A DNA stretch of 63,350 nucleotides, from NCBI GenBank assembly GCA_042572045.1, contig JBHPFI010000004.1, positions 1 through 63,350 of the forward strand, read 5' to 3'. The notes under the pieces are model-generated. The model was not told where the DNA came from, searched no databases, and worked only from the letters and a program-made list of their open reading frames with translations. The DNA is from Candidatus Omnitrophota bacterium. Its GTDB lineage: Bacteria > Omnitrophota > Gorgyraeia > Gorgyraeales > Gorgyraeaceae. The translations under genes were made by a program, and so were the position numbers. Of this stretch, positions 54,881 to 63,350 are shown piece by piece. Numbering within the stretch: position 1 is the first letter of the stretch; each line of letters opens with the position of its first letter.

Positions 54881-54894
54881 GAAATAAGAGGTAT

Positions 54895-55542
54895 ATGAGG
54901 ATAATTGAGTTAGGGCTTACAGATTTTTTAGAGGCGTACGAGATCCAGAGCGAACTTGTAAAAAAGGTTTCGCAAGGACTTTCTGATAACACGTTGCTTA
55001 TTACAGAGCACAGGCCTGTTATTACAATAGGCAGGAGGGGGTCTCAGGAAAATATTTTAAAAACAAAGGAATTCCTGTCATCGCATAATATAGAGATTGT
55101 TTATGTTGCCAGAGGTGGAGATGTTACGTATCATGGCCCTGGCCAGATAATCGCCTACCCTATTTTTAAGCTGGAGAACGAAGGCCGAGATATACATAGG
55201 TTTTTAGATTTCTTGGAAGAAGTGGGCAGGCATTTTTTAGAACAATATGGGCTCCTGGGTGAAAGAAGGCCTGGTTTTAGAGGCATATGGATTGACGGAA
55301 AAAAGATAGGTTCGCTAGGGATAGGCGTAAAGAGATGGGTAACTTATCATGGCCTGGCAATAAATGTCAATACAGACCTTACGCCTTTTTCATTTATCAG
55401 GCCTTGCGGGATAAAGGGTGCGGAGATTAGTTCTTTAAAGAATCTCTTGGGTTATGACTTAGAGATCAGAGATGCTAAAGATAGACTTGAAGCCTCATTT
55501 AAAAAGATTTCCTTATTGGCTGAAGCAGTCTCTAAAAGTTAA
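54895..55542 (+). CDS. lipB: Octanoyltransferase
   Basis: 'EHRPVITIGRR', 'RGGDVTYHGPGQ', 'KKIGSLG', 'HGLAINV' and 'PCGI'. Confidence 0.95.
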   Translation: MRIIELGLTDFLEAYEIQSELVKKVSQGLSDNTLLITEHRPVITIGRRGSQENILKTKEFLSSHNIEIVYVARGGDVTYHGPGQIIAYPIFKLENEGRDIHRFLDFLEEVGRHFLEQYGLLGERRPGFRGIWIDGKKIGSLGIGVKRWVTYHGLAINVNTDLTPFSFIRPCGIKGAEISSLKNLLGYDLEIRDAKDRLEASFKKISLLAEAVSKS

Positions 55543-56338
55543 TTCTAACGCAAAAGAGACAAGACTCCTACTCCATGATTTACAAATAAATACTGTATGT
55601 CAGAGCGCGCGTTGTCCGAATATACACGATTGTTTTTCGAGAAAGAGATGTACATTTTTAATATTAGGCAGTTATTGCACGAGGTCTTGCCGGTTCTGTG
55701 CTGTTAAGACCGAGAAGTATTTGGAGCCGCCGGACAAAAGAGAACTTTTTAAGATAAGAGACGCAGTTAAAAGATTAGGCATGTCTAGCGCAGTGATAAC
55801 CTCTGTCACAAGAGATGATTTGGACGATGGGGGCGCAGGTCATTTTGTGGATTGCGTAGAGATTTTGAAAGAGGCTAAAGTTGGTTTGAACATAGAAGTG
55901 CTTGTGCCTGATTTTCTCGGCAAAAGAAGTTCTATAGAGAGAATAGTTTCTGCAATGCCGCATATTTTTTCCCATAACGTGGAAACCGTACCTAGGCTAT
56001 ACAGTAAAGTAAGGCCGCAAGCAGATTACCAAAGATCCTTGGATGTTTTAAGGTATGTAAAGGAATTGGATGAGCGTATTTTTACAAAGAGCGGTTTGAT
56101 GGTGGGGCTTGGCGAGACCAGGCGCGAGATTTACCGCGCGATGGAGGATCTAAAAAAAGCAGGTTGTGATATTATAACAATAGGTCAATATCTTAAGCCT
56201 GATCCATGCTGTCTAGAGGTTGAAGAATTTTTTCATCCAGAGGAATTTGCGCGCTTTTCAGAGAGGGCAAGGGGTCTTGGATTTAAGAGATCTTTCTGCA
56301 GCCCTTTCGCGAGGTCTTCTTATCAAAGGATGTTATAA
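55472..56338 (+). CDS. lipA: Lipoyl synthase
   Basis: CX4CX5C 'CQSARCPNIHDC', 'CTRSCRFC', 'HNVETVPRLY', 'TKSGLMVGLGE' and 'RSSY'. Confidence 0.97.
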   Translation: MLKIDLKPHLKRFPYWLKQSLKVNSNAKETRLLLHDLQINTVCQSARCPNIHDCFSRKRCTFLILGSYCTRSCRFCAVKTEKYLEPPDKRELFKIRDAVKRLGMSSAVITSVTRDDLDDGGAGHFVDCVEILKEAKVGLNIEVLVPDFLGKRSSIERIVSAMPHIFSHNVETVPRLYSKVRPQADYQRSLDVLRYVKELDERIFTKSGLMVGLGETRREIYRAMEDLKKAGCDIITIGQYLKPDPCCLEVEEFFHPEEFARFSERARGLGFKRSFCSPFARSSYQRML

Positions 56339-56396
56339 TCCGTTTTGGCAACTCTATGAAAAGGGCCACATTAACCATAGAAACAAAGGAGGCAAT

Positions 56397-56627
56397 ATGG
56401 TAGAATTAAAGTTGCCCGAATTGACAGAAGGCGTAGACGAGGCGGTTGTTTCTTTTTGGCATTTCAAAGAAGGCGATGTTATTAAAGAAGGCGACGAAGT
56501 GGTTGAGATGGCTACTGATAAGGCAGTATTTAATGTGCCCTCAAAGGCCTCGGGTAAATTAAAAAAGATCGTAGCAAAAGAAGGGGATACTGTTAAGGTG
56601 GGAGAGGCGCTGGCCGTTATTGAATAG
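56397..56627 (+). CDS. Standalone E2-type lipoyl/biotinyl carrier domain (76 aa)
   Basis: AGGAGG before ATG 56397. 'LPELTEG...W..KEGD...EGD..VEMATDKA...P...G' with the DKA lipoylation lysine. Confidence 0.9.
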   Translation: MVELKLPELTEGVDEAVVSFWHFKEGDVIKEGDEVVEMATDKAVFNVPSKASGKLKKIVAKEGDTVKVGEALAVIE

Positions 56628-56628
56628 T

Positions 56629-56691
56629 ACGAGGGAATAGGGAGGAGAGGCGAAAGGTGGCGGATTCGTCCATCGGCTTTAACCCCCTCGT
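56629..56691. repeat. Intergenic stem-loop with nested REP-like GGCGGATTCGTCC hairpin
   Basis: ACGAGGG (56629) pairs with CCCTCGT (56691). The inner GGA-TTCG-TCC carries a UUCG loop. Confidence 0.5.
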
Positions 56692-56714
56692 CCTTCGTTA
56701 AAATGGAGGTGTAT

Positions 56715-57200
56715 ATGAAAGAAATCTTAGAGATTCTGGAAAAGGATGCCCGAACAACGCCCGAAGAAATTTCAAAGGTCTTAAAAAAGAAGGTTGGGTT
56801 GGTAAAGAAGGCCATAAAGAGATTTGAAAAAGACGGTATAATACTTAAATACAAAACCATTCTTAATAGGGAGATTGTAAAAGATGACGCAAGGAGTGTG
56901 CGGGCCTTAATAGAGGTAAAGATCGCACCGCAAAGAGGCTATGGTTTTGACCATATAGCCGAGAGGATTTATAGATTTCCAGAAGTTATTAGCTGTTATC
57001 TTCTCTCAGGTACGTATGATCTTTTATTGGTTGTGGAAGGGAAGGATATAAACGGCGTAAGTAGCTTTGTTTCTGAGCGCCTTGCAACGCTTGATAACGT
57101 AAGGGGCACAGTGACGCATTTTCTTTTGAAGAAATACAAAGAGGACGGAGATATGCTTAAGCGCGCAGAGAGGGACAAAAGGATAGCAATATCATTTTGA
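56715..57200 (+). CDS. Lrp/AsnC family transcriptional regulator
   Basis: GGAGGT before ATG 56715. 'EILEILEKDARTT..EI' HTH and 'FPEV.SCYLLSGTYDLL'. Confidence 0.9.
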   Translation: MKEILEILEKDARTTPEEISKVLKKKVGLVKKAIKRFEKDGIILKYKTILNREIVKDDARSVRALIEVKIAPQRGYGFDHIAERIYRFPEVISCYLLSGTYDLLLVVEGKDINGVSSFVSERLATLDNVRGTVTHFLLKKYKEDGDMLKRAERDKRIAISF

Positions 57201-57239
57201 AATAAGGTGTTATAACCATATTACACAAGGACAGATAGA

Positions 57240-58412
57240 ATGAATATCTCTAAAAAAGTACAAAAAATGCCGCCTTCGGGTATAAGAGAATTTTTTGAGC
57301 TGGTTATAGGCATGAAGGATGTTATTTCTCTTGGTGTTGGCGAGCCAGATTTTGTCACACCATGGAATATATGCGAGGCCAGCATTTTTTCTATAGAAAA
57401 GGGCTATACCTCATATACGTCCAACAAAGGTCTTTATGAATTAAGGTCGCAGATCGCAAGGTCATTGAGAAATAAGCATGCTATTGGCTACAAACCAGAA
57501 GATGAGATACTTATTACTACAGGCGTAAGTGAAGCCCTAGACCTTGCTGTGAGGGCTCTTTTAAATCCAGGCGATAAGGTCCTTATACCAGTTCCTTATT
57601 ATGTGTCATATTATCCTGTTACCTTTTTAGCAGGAGGGACACCGGTATTTATTAATACAAAAAAGACTGGATTTAAATTGACGCCGTCGTTAATAGAAAG
57701 TCACATATCAAAAGGCGTAAAGGCGATTATTTTTAATTATCCCGCAAATCCCACAGGCGTCTCTTATTCAAAAAAAGAACTCCTCGCATTGTCAAAGGTG
57801 TTCATAAAGAATAATCTGATTGTCATAAGTGATGAGATCTATGATGAGCTGACCTATGATTTTTCGCATACACCGATTAGCACATTAAGGGGTATGAAAG
57901 AACGGACCATCTATCTGAACGGTTTTTCCAAGACTTTTGCAATGACAGGCTGGCGAGTAGGATTTGCCTGTGGATCCAAAGAGATAATAAACGCCATGAC
58001 GAAGATACATCAGTACACTATGCTATGCGCTCCTATAATGGGGCAGATGGCGGCGCTCGAGGCATTAAAGGGCGGCAGTCATTCTGTGATGGAAATGAAG
58101 CGCGAATATAAAAGAAGGCGCGAATTTATAGTCGATAGATTGAATGAAATAGGGCTTGAGTGCCCTAAACCAGAAGGGTCATTCTATGTATTCCCTTCTA
58201 TAGAGACTACAGGCATGGACTGCCTTGAGTTTGCAAAGCGATTATTAAAGGAAAAAAAAGTGGCGGTTGTGCCAGGTACTGCGTTCGGTTCGGAAGGAAA
58301 TGCCCATATACGGGTTTCATACACTTCTACTATGTCGGATCTAAAAGAGGCATGTCTGCGTATAGAGAGGTTTTTAAAAAAGCCCAAAGTAGACCCAAAA
58401 GGACCTAGTTAA
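57240..58412 (+). CDS. Class I/II PLP aminotransferase (YugH/aspartate aminotransferase-like)
   Basis: 'SLGVGEPDF', 'NYPANPTG', 'SDEIY', 'GFSKTFAMTGWRVG' and 'VPGTAFG'. Confidence 0.93.
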   Translation: MNISKKVQKMPPSGIREFFELVIGMKDVISLGVGEPDFVTPWNICEASIFSIEKGYTSYTSNKGLYELRSQIARSLRNKHAIGYKPEDEILITTGVSEALDLAVRALLNPGDKVLIPVPYYVSYYPVTFLAGGTPVFINTKKTGFKLTPSLIESHISKGVKAIIFNYPANPTGVSYSKKELLALSKVFIKNNLIVISDEIYDELTYDFSHTPISTLRGMKERTIYLNGFSKTFAMTGWRVGFACGSKEIINAMTKIHQYTMLCAPIMGQMAALEALKGGSHSVMEMKREYKRRREFIVDRLNEIGLECPKPEGSFYVFPSIETTGMDCLEFAKRLLKEKKVAVVPGTAFGSEGNAHIRVSYTSTMSDLKEACLRIERFLKKPKVDPKGPS

Positions 58413-58456
58413 TATCTCGAGAGGTCCTGATTACTAGATATACAATTACTGGATAA

Positions 58457-59575
58457 ATGAGCTTAGATAAGAAAATACTCTTAATGTATATAACATTAAA
58501 TTCCGGTCACCACCGTGCCAGTCTTGCTATTGAAAATGCTCTGAAAGAGATTTCCCCATCAGTCGAAATCCTCAATATAAATGCCTTTGGATACACAAAT
58601 CCTATCCTGGAAAAGATAATAAACAGGACGTACATGGGGGTTATTAAAAACAAGCCAGAGGTATGGGAGTATCTGTATGATAATCCAAAAGTTTTAAAAG
58701 GGGTGCAAGGTATGCGCGAGGCCATACACAGGTTTAATTCTAAAAAACTAAAGACCTTGCTCAAGGATTTTAACCCTGATGCTGTTTTGTGTACGCAGGC
58801 CTTTCCGTGCGGCATGGTGTCGGATTACAAGAAGAATATAAAATCGCAGCTTCCTCTAGTAGGGATTTTGACAGATCATGCGCCGCATTCTTACTGGATA
58901 TTTAATGATGTTGACTGCTATATTACCCCCTCCGACATAAGCAAGGAGAGTTTCGTAAAGAACGGCATCAGCGAATCCAAGGTAAAGGTTTTTGGTATAC
59001 CTATTGATCCAAGATTCGCAAGGCACCATGATAAAAAAGAGATTTTCCCAAAATTGGGCCTTGATCCGAACTTTCCCACAGTGCTTATTATGGGAGGGAG
59101 TCAGGGATTAGGCCCTGTTGAAAATATAGTAGATATCCTGGAAGGAATAAAGACCTATTTTCAGTTAGCAGTTATTTGTGGGACAAATAAAAGACTCGGA
59201 AAGGTCCTTCATGGAAGAATGCGCAGATATAAGAAAAAGCTGGTTGTTTTTGACCATATAGAAAACGTTGATGAATTGATGGAGATTTCAAGCGTAGTCA
59301 TTACAAAGCCAGGGGGCCTTACTACCTCCGAGGCATTATCTAAGGATTTGCCTATGATTATTGTACATCCGATACCAGGCCAGGAGGCAAAAAACACAGA
59401 ATTTCTTTTACAGCAAGGTGTGGCGGTTAAGGCAGAGGACAATGAAGACATTGCAGTCCTTATCCAGGAGCTATTATTAAACAATACAAAGTTAAATGAG
59501 ATGAAAAAGAGAGCCGGCGAATTAAAACGGCCCAATGCGGCGATGAATATAGCTGAGCTCGTGTTGAACATGTAG
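58457..59575 (+). CDS. MGDG synthase / UgtP-like diacylglycerol glycosyltransferase (GT28)
   Basis: 'SGHHRAS', 'CTQAFP', 'TDH', 'GIPI', 'MGGSQG', 'TKPGGLTTSEAL' and 'PIPGQE..N'. Confidence 0.88.
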   Translation: MSLDKKILLMYITLNSGHHRASLAIENALKEISPSVEILNINAFGYTNPILEKIINRTYMGVIKNKPEVWEYLYDNPKVLKGVQGMREAIHRFNSKKLKTLLKDFNPDAVLCTQAFPCGMVSDYKKNIKSQLPLVGILTDHAPHSYWIFNDVDCYITPSDISKESFVKNGISESKVKVFGIPIDPRFARHHDKKEIFPKLGLDPNFPTVLIMGGSQGLGPVENIVDILEGIKTYFQLAVICGTNKRLGKVLHGRMRRYKKKLVVFDHIENVDELMEISSVVITKPGGLTTSEALSKDLPMIIVHPIPGQEAKNTEFLLQQGVAVKAEDNEDIAVLIQELLLNNTKLNEMKKRAGELKRPNAAMNIAELVLNM

Positions 59576-59595
59576 TTTTTATAGTTTCAAACAAT

Positions 59596-60477
59596 ATGTT
59601 TTTCTATATTCTATATAAAATTGGATATATTATTGCAAATGCGTTACCGTTAGGAGCTGCATATTGGGTCGCAGAGGTATTTTCTAATATACAGTATTCT
59701 GTTGCAAAAAAGGATAGAGATGCCGTGCTTCAGAATCTGAGTATATTGCTCAAAAAGGATAAAAAAGAGTGCCGCGTTTTGGCGCAGCAGGTTTTTAGGA
59801 ACTTCGGATTGTATCTTGTTGATTTTTTCAGGATGAGGAGGCTTGACAAGGAGGCTGTTAAAAAAAGGGTTACCGTTGAGGGTATTGAAAATATTGACAG
59901 GGTCTTGGCGCAGAATAAAGGAGTTATCGCTCTTACATGTCACATTGGCAACTGGGAGATGGGCGGGGTAGTAATGGGAATAAAAGGTTATAATATATCT
60001 GCCGTTGTCCTGAATCACAAACATAAAAGTATAAATGATTTTTTTATCAGGCAAAGAGAAGAAAAAGGTCTAAAGGCGATCCCCATGAGCTCTGTTATGA
60101 AGCGTTGCGTTTCAACCTTGTTAAATAAAGAGATACTTGCGCTGGCAGGCGATAGGGATTTTACGAACTCTGGTATAAAGTTAGATTTTTTTGGAATGCA
60201 TACAAACATTCCAAAAGGGCCAGCCGCGCTTAGTCTAAAGACCGATTCGCCGATTGTTCCAGCTTTTTTTATAAGAGAGGACAGGTTTAATTACAGATTT
60301 ATATTTGACAATCCCATCGAAGCGAAAAAACGCCCCGATACCAAAGAAGATGATCTTATAAGAGAAACAACGCAGGAGTTTGTATCAGTGATGGAGGGCT
60401 ATATCAGAAGATATCCGGAGCAGTGGCTGTTATTTAGAAGATTCTGGGAAGTCCCGCAAGACGCATTTGTGATATGA
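59596..60477 (+). CDS. Lysophospholipid/lipid A acyltransferase family (HtrB/LpxL-like)
   Basis: 'TCHIGNWE', 'GDRD', 'FFG....PKGPAAL' and 'YPEQW'. Confidence 0.85.
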   Translation: MFFYILYKIGYIIANALPLGAAYWVAEVFSNIQYSVAKKDRDAVLQNLSILLKKDKKECRVLAQQVFRNFGLYLVDFFRMRRLDKEAVKKRVTVEGIENIDRVLAQNKGVIALTCHIGNWEMGGVVMGIKGYNISAVVLNHKHKSINDFFIRQREEKGLKAIPMSSVMKRCVSTLLNKEILALAGDRDFTNSGIKLDFFGMHTNIPKGPAALSLKTDSPIVPAFFIREDRFNYRFIFDNPIEAKKRPDTKEDDLIRETTQEFVSVMEGYIRRYPEQWLLFRRFWEVPQDAFVI

Positions 60478-60556
60478 GGTCCATTTCAAATCTTTAGAGG
60501 GGGTTCTTTTCGGTAATTAGAAGATTTATGTATATTAGAAGAGGTGACTTTATTAT

Positions 60557-61258
60557 ATGAGAAATGATGGCAAGGTTTGGAACGGGATGAATATATTTGT
60601 TGTAATACCTACATACAATGAGACCAGGACCATTGGCCATATCGTGAAGGATTTAAGGCAAAAGGATTTTCGTGTAGTAGTGGTAGACGATGGTTCAACC
60701 GACCATACTATTGTAGACGCGAATAAATTTGGAGCAGAGCTTATAGTGTATCCAAAAAATGTCGGCAAAGGCCGATGTATAAGAGAGGGCTTGGAATATT
60801 CTCTCGAGAACGGATGTGATGTTGCTATTATGATGGACGGTGACGGCCAGCATGACTTGAGAGAAATTGACAAGTTTCTTGAGGAATACAAGAAGTCTGG
60901 CTCAGATATTGTGCTTGGCAACAGGATGCACAAACCAGAAAAAATGCCTTTTATCAGGCGTTGCACAAATCTATTTATGTCGTTCGTGATATCGTTTATT
61001 TTAAAGAAAAAGATAGAAGATTCGCAGTGCGGCTATAGACTGATATCCAGAAAGGCAATCGAGAAGATGTCTTTAAACGCGTCAAAATATGAAATAGAAT
61101 CCGAGATACTTCTTGAAGCAAAGAGGCACGCCCTTTACATATCTTCTGTAGAGATAGGTTCAATTTATGGCGGAGAGTCTAGTCAGATCAATCCTTTTTT
61201 TGATACGCTCAGATTTATAAGGCTTATTATCCATGAATCGTTGCGAAAGAAGCACTGA
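60557..61258 (+). CDS. GT2 glycosyltransferase (DPM1-like)
   Basis: 'VIPTYNE', 'VVDDGSTD', 'NVGKG', 'MDGDGQH' and 'DSQCGYR'. Start could be 60557 or 60587. Confidence 0.88.
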   Translation: MRNDGKVWNGMNIFVVIPTYNETRTIGHIVKDLRQKDFRVVVVDDGSTDHTIVDANKFGAELIVYPKNVGKGRCIREGLEYSLENGCDVAIMMDGDGQHDLREIDKFLEEYKKSGSDIVLGNRMHKPEKMPFIRRCTNLFMSFVISFILKKKIEDSQCGYRLISRKAIEKMSLNASKYEIESEILLEAKRHALYISSVEIGSIYGGESSQINPFFDTLRFIRLIIHESLRKKH

Positions 61259-61925
61259 ATATCTGCGGCAGAAAATGGTCGATGAACAGCTATTGAGACG
61301 CGATATCAAAGACGGGAAGGTGCTTGATGCCTTTAGGGCTGTTCCCCGCCATAGCTTTGTAGATCTTCCAATGCGCAAGAATGCATATAGCGATTTCCCT
61401 CTTTCCATCGGAGAAGGCCAAACCATATCTCAGCCATATATTGTTGCGCTCATGGTGCAGCTTCTGGACATCAAGAAGAATGATAAAATATTAGAGATAG
61501 GCACCGGTTCAGGCTATGAGACGGCAATATTAGCTGAATTAGGAGGAACAGTATTTTCTCTCGAGCGGATGAAGAGTTTGGCTGTAAAGGCAAGAGATCT
61601 TTTGAAGAGTCTCGGTTATGGGAATATAGAGATAAAAACGTGTGATGGAACGCTCGGTTATGAAGCACATGCTCCGTTTGACAAGATCGTTGTTACGGCA
61701 AGTTCGCCAAATGTCCCGAAACCGCTTTTAGACCAACTTTCAGCGTGCGGGAAAATGGTTATTCCGATTGGTTCAAGATTTTCTCAGACCTTGGTGCTTA
61801 TTGAAAAGCCTAACAAAGGCCGTGTTTCTGAAAAAGATGTATGTGGATGTGTTTTTGTGCCGTTAGTAGGTAGACATGGTTGGTCAAATGAAACCCAGAC
61901 CCGTCACGATGGCTCTGTTGGCTGA
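61233..61925 (+). CDS. pcm: Protein-L-isoaspartate O-methyltransferase
   Basis: 'VPRHSFV', 'QTISQPYIVA', 'LEIGTGSGY', 'APFDKIVVTA' and 'FVPLVG'. Confidence 0.96.
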   Translation: MNRCERSTEYLRQKMVDEQLLRRDIKDGKVLDAFRAVPRHSFVDLPMRKNAYSDFPLSIGEGQTISQPYIVALMVQLLDIKKNDKILEIGTGSGYETAILAELGGTVFSLERMKSLAVKARDLLKSLGYGNIEIKTCDGTLGYEAHAPFDKIVVTASSPNVPKPLLDQLSACGKMVIPIGSRFSQTLVLIEKPNKGRVSEKDVCGCVFVPLVGRHGWSNETQTRHDGSVG

Positions 61926-61930
61926 ATCTG

Positions 61931-61970
61931 ATCCGCCAAAGGCGGATTTAATTCGTCCGCGCAAGGCGAA
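61931..61970. repeat. REP-like hairpins ATCCGCC-AAA-GGCGGAT and TTCGTCCGCGCAAGGCGAA
   Basis: Read directly in the pcm-downstream gap. The TCCGCC/GGCGGA core recurs at other intergenic sites. Confidence 0.6.
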
Positions 61971-61978
61971 CTCATTAA

Positions 61979-62470
61979 ATGCAAGAACGAATCTTTGATT
62001 TTCTATATTCTTTTGGTCTGTCGCCAAAGACGCTGATTCTATTTTTAAGCACCCTACCTGTTACGGAATTAAGGGCCTCGATACCTATAGGCATTCTTGT
62101 ATTAAAGCAGGATGTCAAGGTAGCCTTTTTTTATTCAATAGTCGGGAATATTTTACCCATAGCCCCGATATATTTTTTATTGAAACCTGTGTCCAAAAGG
62201 TTAAGCAGGACCGCATATATGCGTAGATTTTTTGAATGGCTTTTTAAAAGGGCAAAACAGCGCTCAGGTTTTATAGAACGCTACGAAGCGTTGGGGCTTA
62301 TGCTTTTTGTCTCTATACCTTTTCCAGGCACTGGCGTATGGACAGGGTGCATTATAGCTTCGCTTTTACGCATGAGATTTGTGCCGACCTTTCTTGCTGC
62401 TTCACTAGGTGTTGTAATAGCAGCTATAATAGTAACAGTAATAACAGTTACCGGGAAAGATATGTTTTAA
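61979..62470 (+). CDS. Small multi-drug export-like membrane protein (COG2426-type)
   Basis: 'LPVTELRASIP', 'GNILP', 'LFVSIPFPGTGVWTG' and 'GVVIAAII'. Confidence 0.85.
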   Translation: MQERIFDFLYSFGLSPKTLILFLSTLPVTELRASIPIGILVLKQDVKVAFFYSIVGNILPIAPIYFLLKPVSKRLSRTAYMRRFFEWLFKRAKQRSGFIERYEALGLMLFVSIPFPGTGVWTGCIIASLLRMRFVPTFLAASLGVVIAAIIVTVITVTGKDMF

Positions 62471-62530
62471 ATAGGAAATCCAATCCTGAGTATAACCGCA
62501 AAGGATAAGATTTAAGGTGTAAAAAAGACC

Positions 62531-63049
62531 ATGTTACACATATATACAGGTAATGGCAAAGGTAAGACCACTTCAGCTTTTGGCTTGGCAATGAGGGCCA
62601 GTGGCCAGGGGCTCAATGTGATTATATACCAGTTTTTAAAACCAAAACCCATTTTGTGCGGAGAACAGATTTTCGCCAAAAGAATGAAAGGTATAAAGCT
62701 TGTAACGTTTAAACAGACGCATCCTATGTTTGAGCGTTCCAGCGCTGCATTATCGAATTTAAAAAAGACTATTAGAAATGATTTTACGATAGCGAAGAAA
62801 ACTGTTTTAGGCAGGCGATACGATATGGTGGTGCTAGATGAGATTATTAATGTTGTGGACCAGGGTTTTATCAAAGAGGAAAGTTTTTTAAGCCTATTAA
62901 AAAATAGGCCTAAAAAGATAGAGCTTATACTTACAGGAAGGGGCGATATCTCCCGCATTGAAGAATACGCAGATTACGTAACCATAATGATAGACAAGAA
63001 ACACCCTTTTAGAAAGGATGTAGCGGCCCGTAGGGGTATAGAATATTGA
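62531..63049 (+). CDS. cobO: Cob(I)alamin adenosyltransferase
   Basis: 'IYTGNGKGKTTSAFGLAMRA', 'QFLK', 'VVLDEI', 'ELILTGR', 'ADYVT' and 'KHPF....ARRGIEY'. Confidence 0.93.
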   Translation: MLHIYTGNGKGKTTSAFGLAMRASGQGLNVIIYQFLKPKPILCGEQIFAKRMKGIKLVTFKQTHPMFERSSAALSNLKKTIRNDFTIAKKTVLGRRYDMVVLDEIINVVDQGFIKEESFLSLLKNRPKKIELILTGRGDISRIEEYADYVTIMIDKKHPFRKDVAARRGIEY

Positions 63050-63350
63050 AGAAGATAGTTTTCTTAATCTTGTTTTTACTGTTTGCGCTTGAATGCAGGG
63101 CAGAGCCGCATCGGATAATTTCTCTTGCACCGAATGCCACCGAGATCTTATTTGCTCTTGGGCTTGAGCAGTCTATCGTTGCCGTAGATGAATATTCGAA
63201 TTATCCTGAAAAGGTCAGGCAGATAGAACGCATAGGAGCGTTTAATAATCCAAACATTGAAAGGATGATTTTATTAAGACCTGATTATATTCTGGTAAAC
63301 GCAGATATGGATAAAGAGCTCTCAGATTATCTGGAACGCTTAGGCTCGAA
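63046..63350 (+). CDS. BtuF-like cobalamin/iron-siderophore ABC substrate-binding protein, 3'-truncated
   Basis: TTG start overlapping the cobO stop. MKKIVFLILFLLFALECRAEPHRIISLAPNATEILFALG...AVDEYSNYP...PNIE....LRPD. Confidence 0.85.
   Translation, partial: MKKIVFLILFLLFALECRAEPHRIISLAPNATEILFALGLEQSIVAVDEYSNYPEKVRQIERIGAFNNPNIERMILLRPDYILVNADMDKELSDYLERLGS

Noticed and set aside
62471-62530. Cobalamin riboswitch before cobO-btuF
   Set aside because: The gap is only 60 nt, too short, and has no B12-box-like sequence.
11-63130. Many 60-170 aa antisense or off-frame ORFs in the track (e.g. 40841..41347, 40020..40508, 51917..52357, 62512..62958)
   Set aside because: They lie wholly over well-supported genes, have no recognisable motifs and look like shadow ORFs.

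Overview
Bacterial chromosomal window with two halves. About 1-37 kb is a large, mostly plus-strand cell-surface glyco-modification locus. It encodes nonulosonic-acid enzymes (Gfo/Idh/MocA oxidoreductase, NeuB-cupin fusion, NeuA, candidate transferase), four GT-C-like membrane proteins, GT9/GT2/GT4 transferases, a DegT aminotransferase, an atypical SDR, a secreted GH5-like protein and a convergent WaaL-like ligase with TPRs. Most unusually, it also has eight radical SAM enzymes: four cobalamin-binding and four SPASM/twitch-type. A ~200-aa beta-rich domain of unrecognised function occurs both standalone and fused to one B12 radical SAM enzyme. About 37-63 kb is housekeeping: rpsO, pnp, uppP, ftsK, rodZ-like, rimO, pgsA, pgpA, thpR, cinA, recA, degP, alaS, hisD, lipB, lipA, a lipoyl domain, Lrp, an aminotransferase, glycolipid genes, pcm, cobO and a truncated btuF-like gene. 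Its intergenic spaces hold a five-member family of short inverted-repeat (MITE-like) elements, a ~170-bp element whose arms resemble an initiator-tRNA 3' end, and REP-like hairpins. The cinA-thpR pair appears inverted between two of these elements. Gene content is reminiscent of Candidatus Omnitrophota/PVC genomes (inference only). I saw no rRNA, intact tRNA, CRISPR array or transposase. All product calls come from motif recognition by eye, not database searches.
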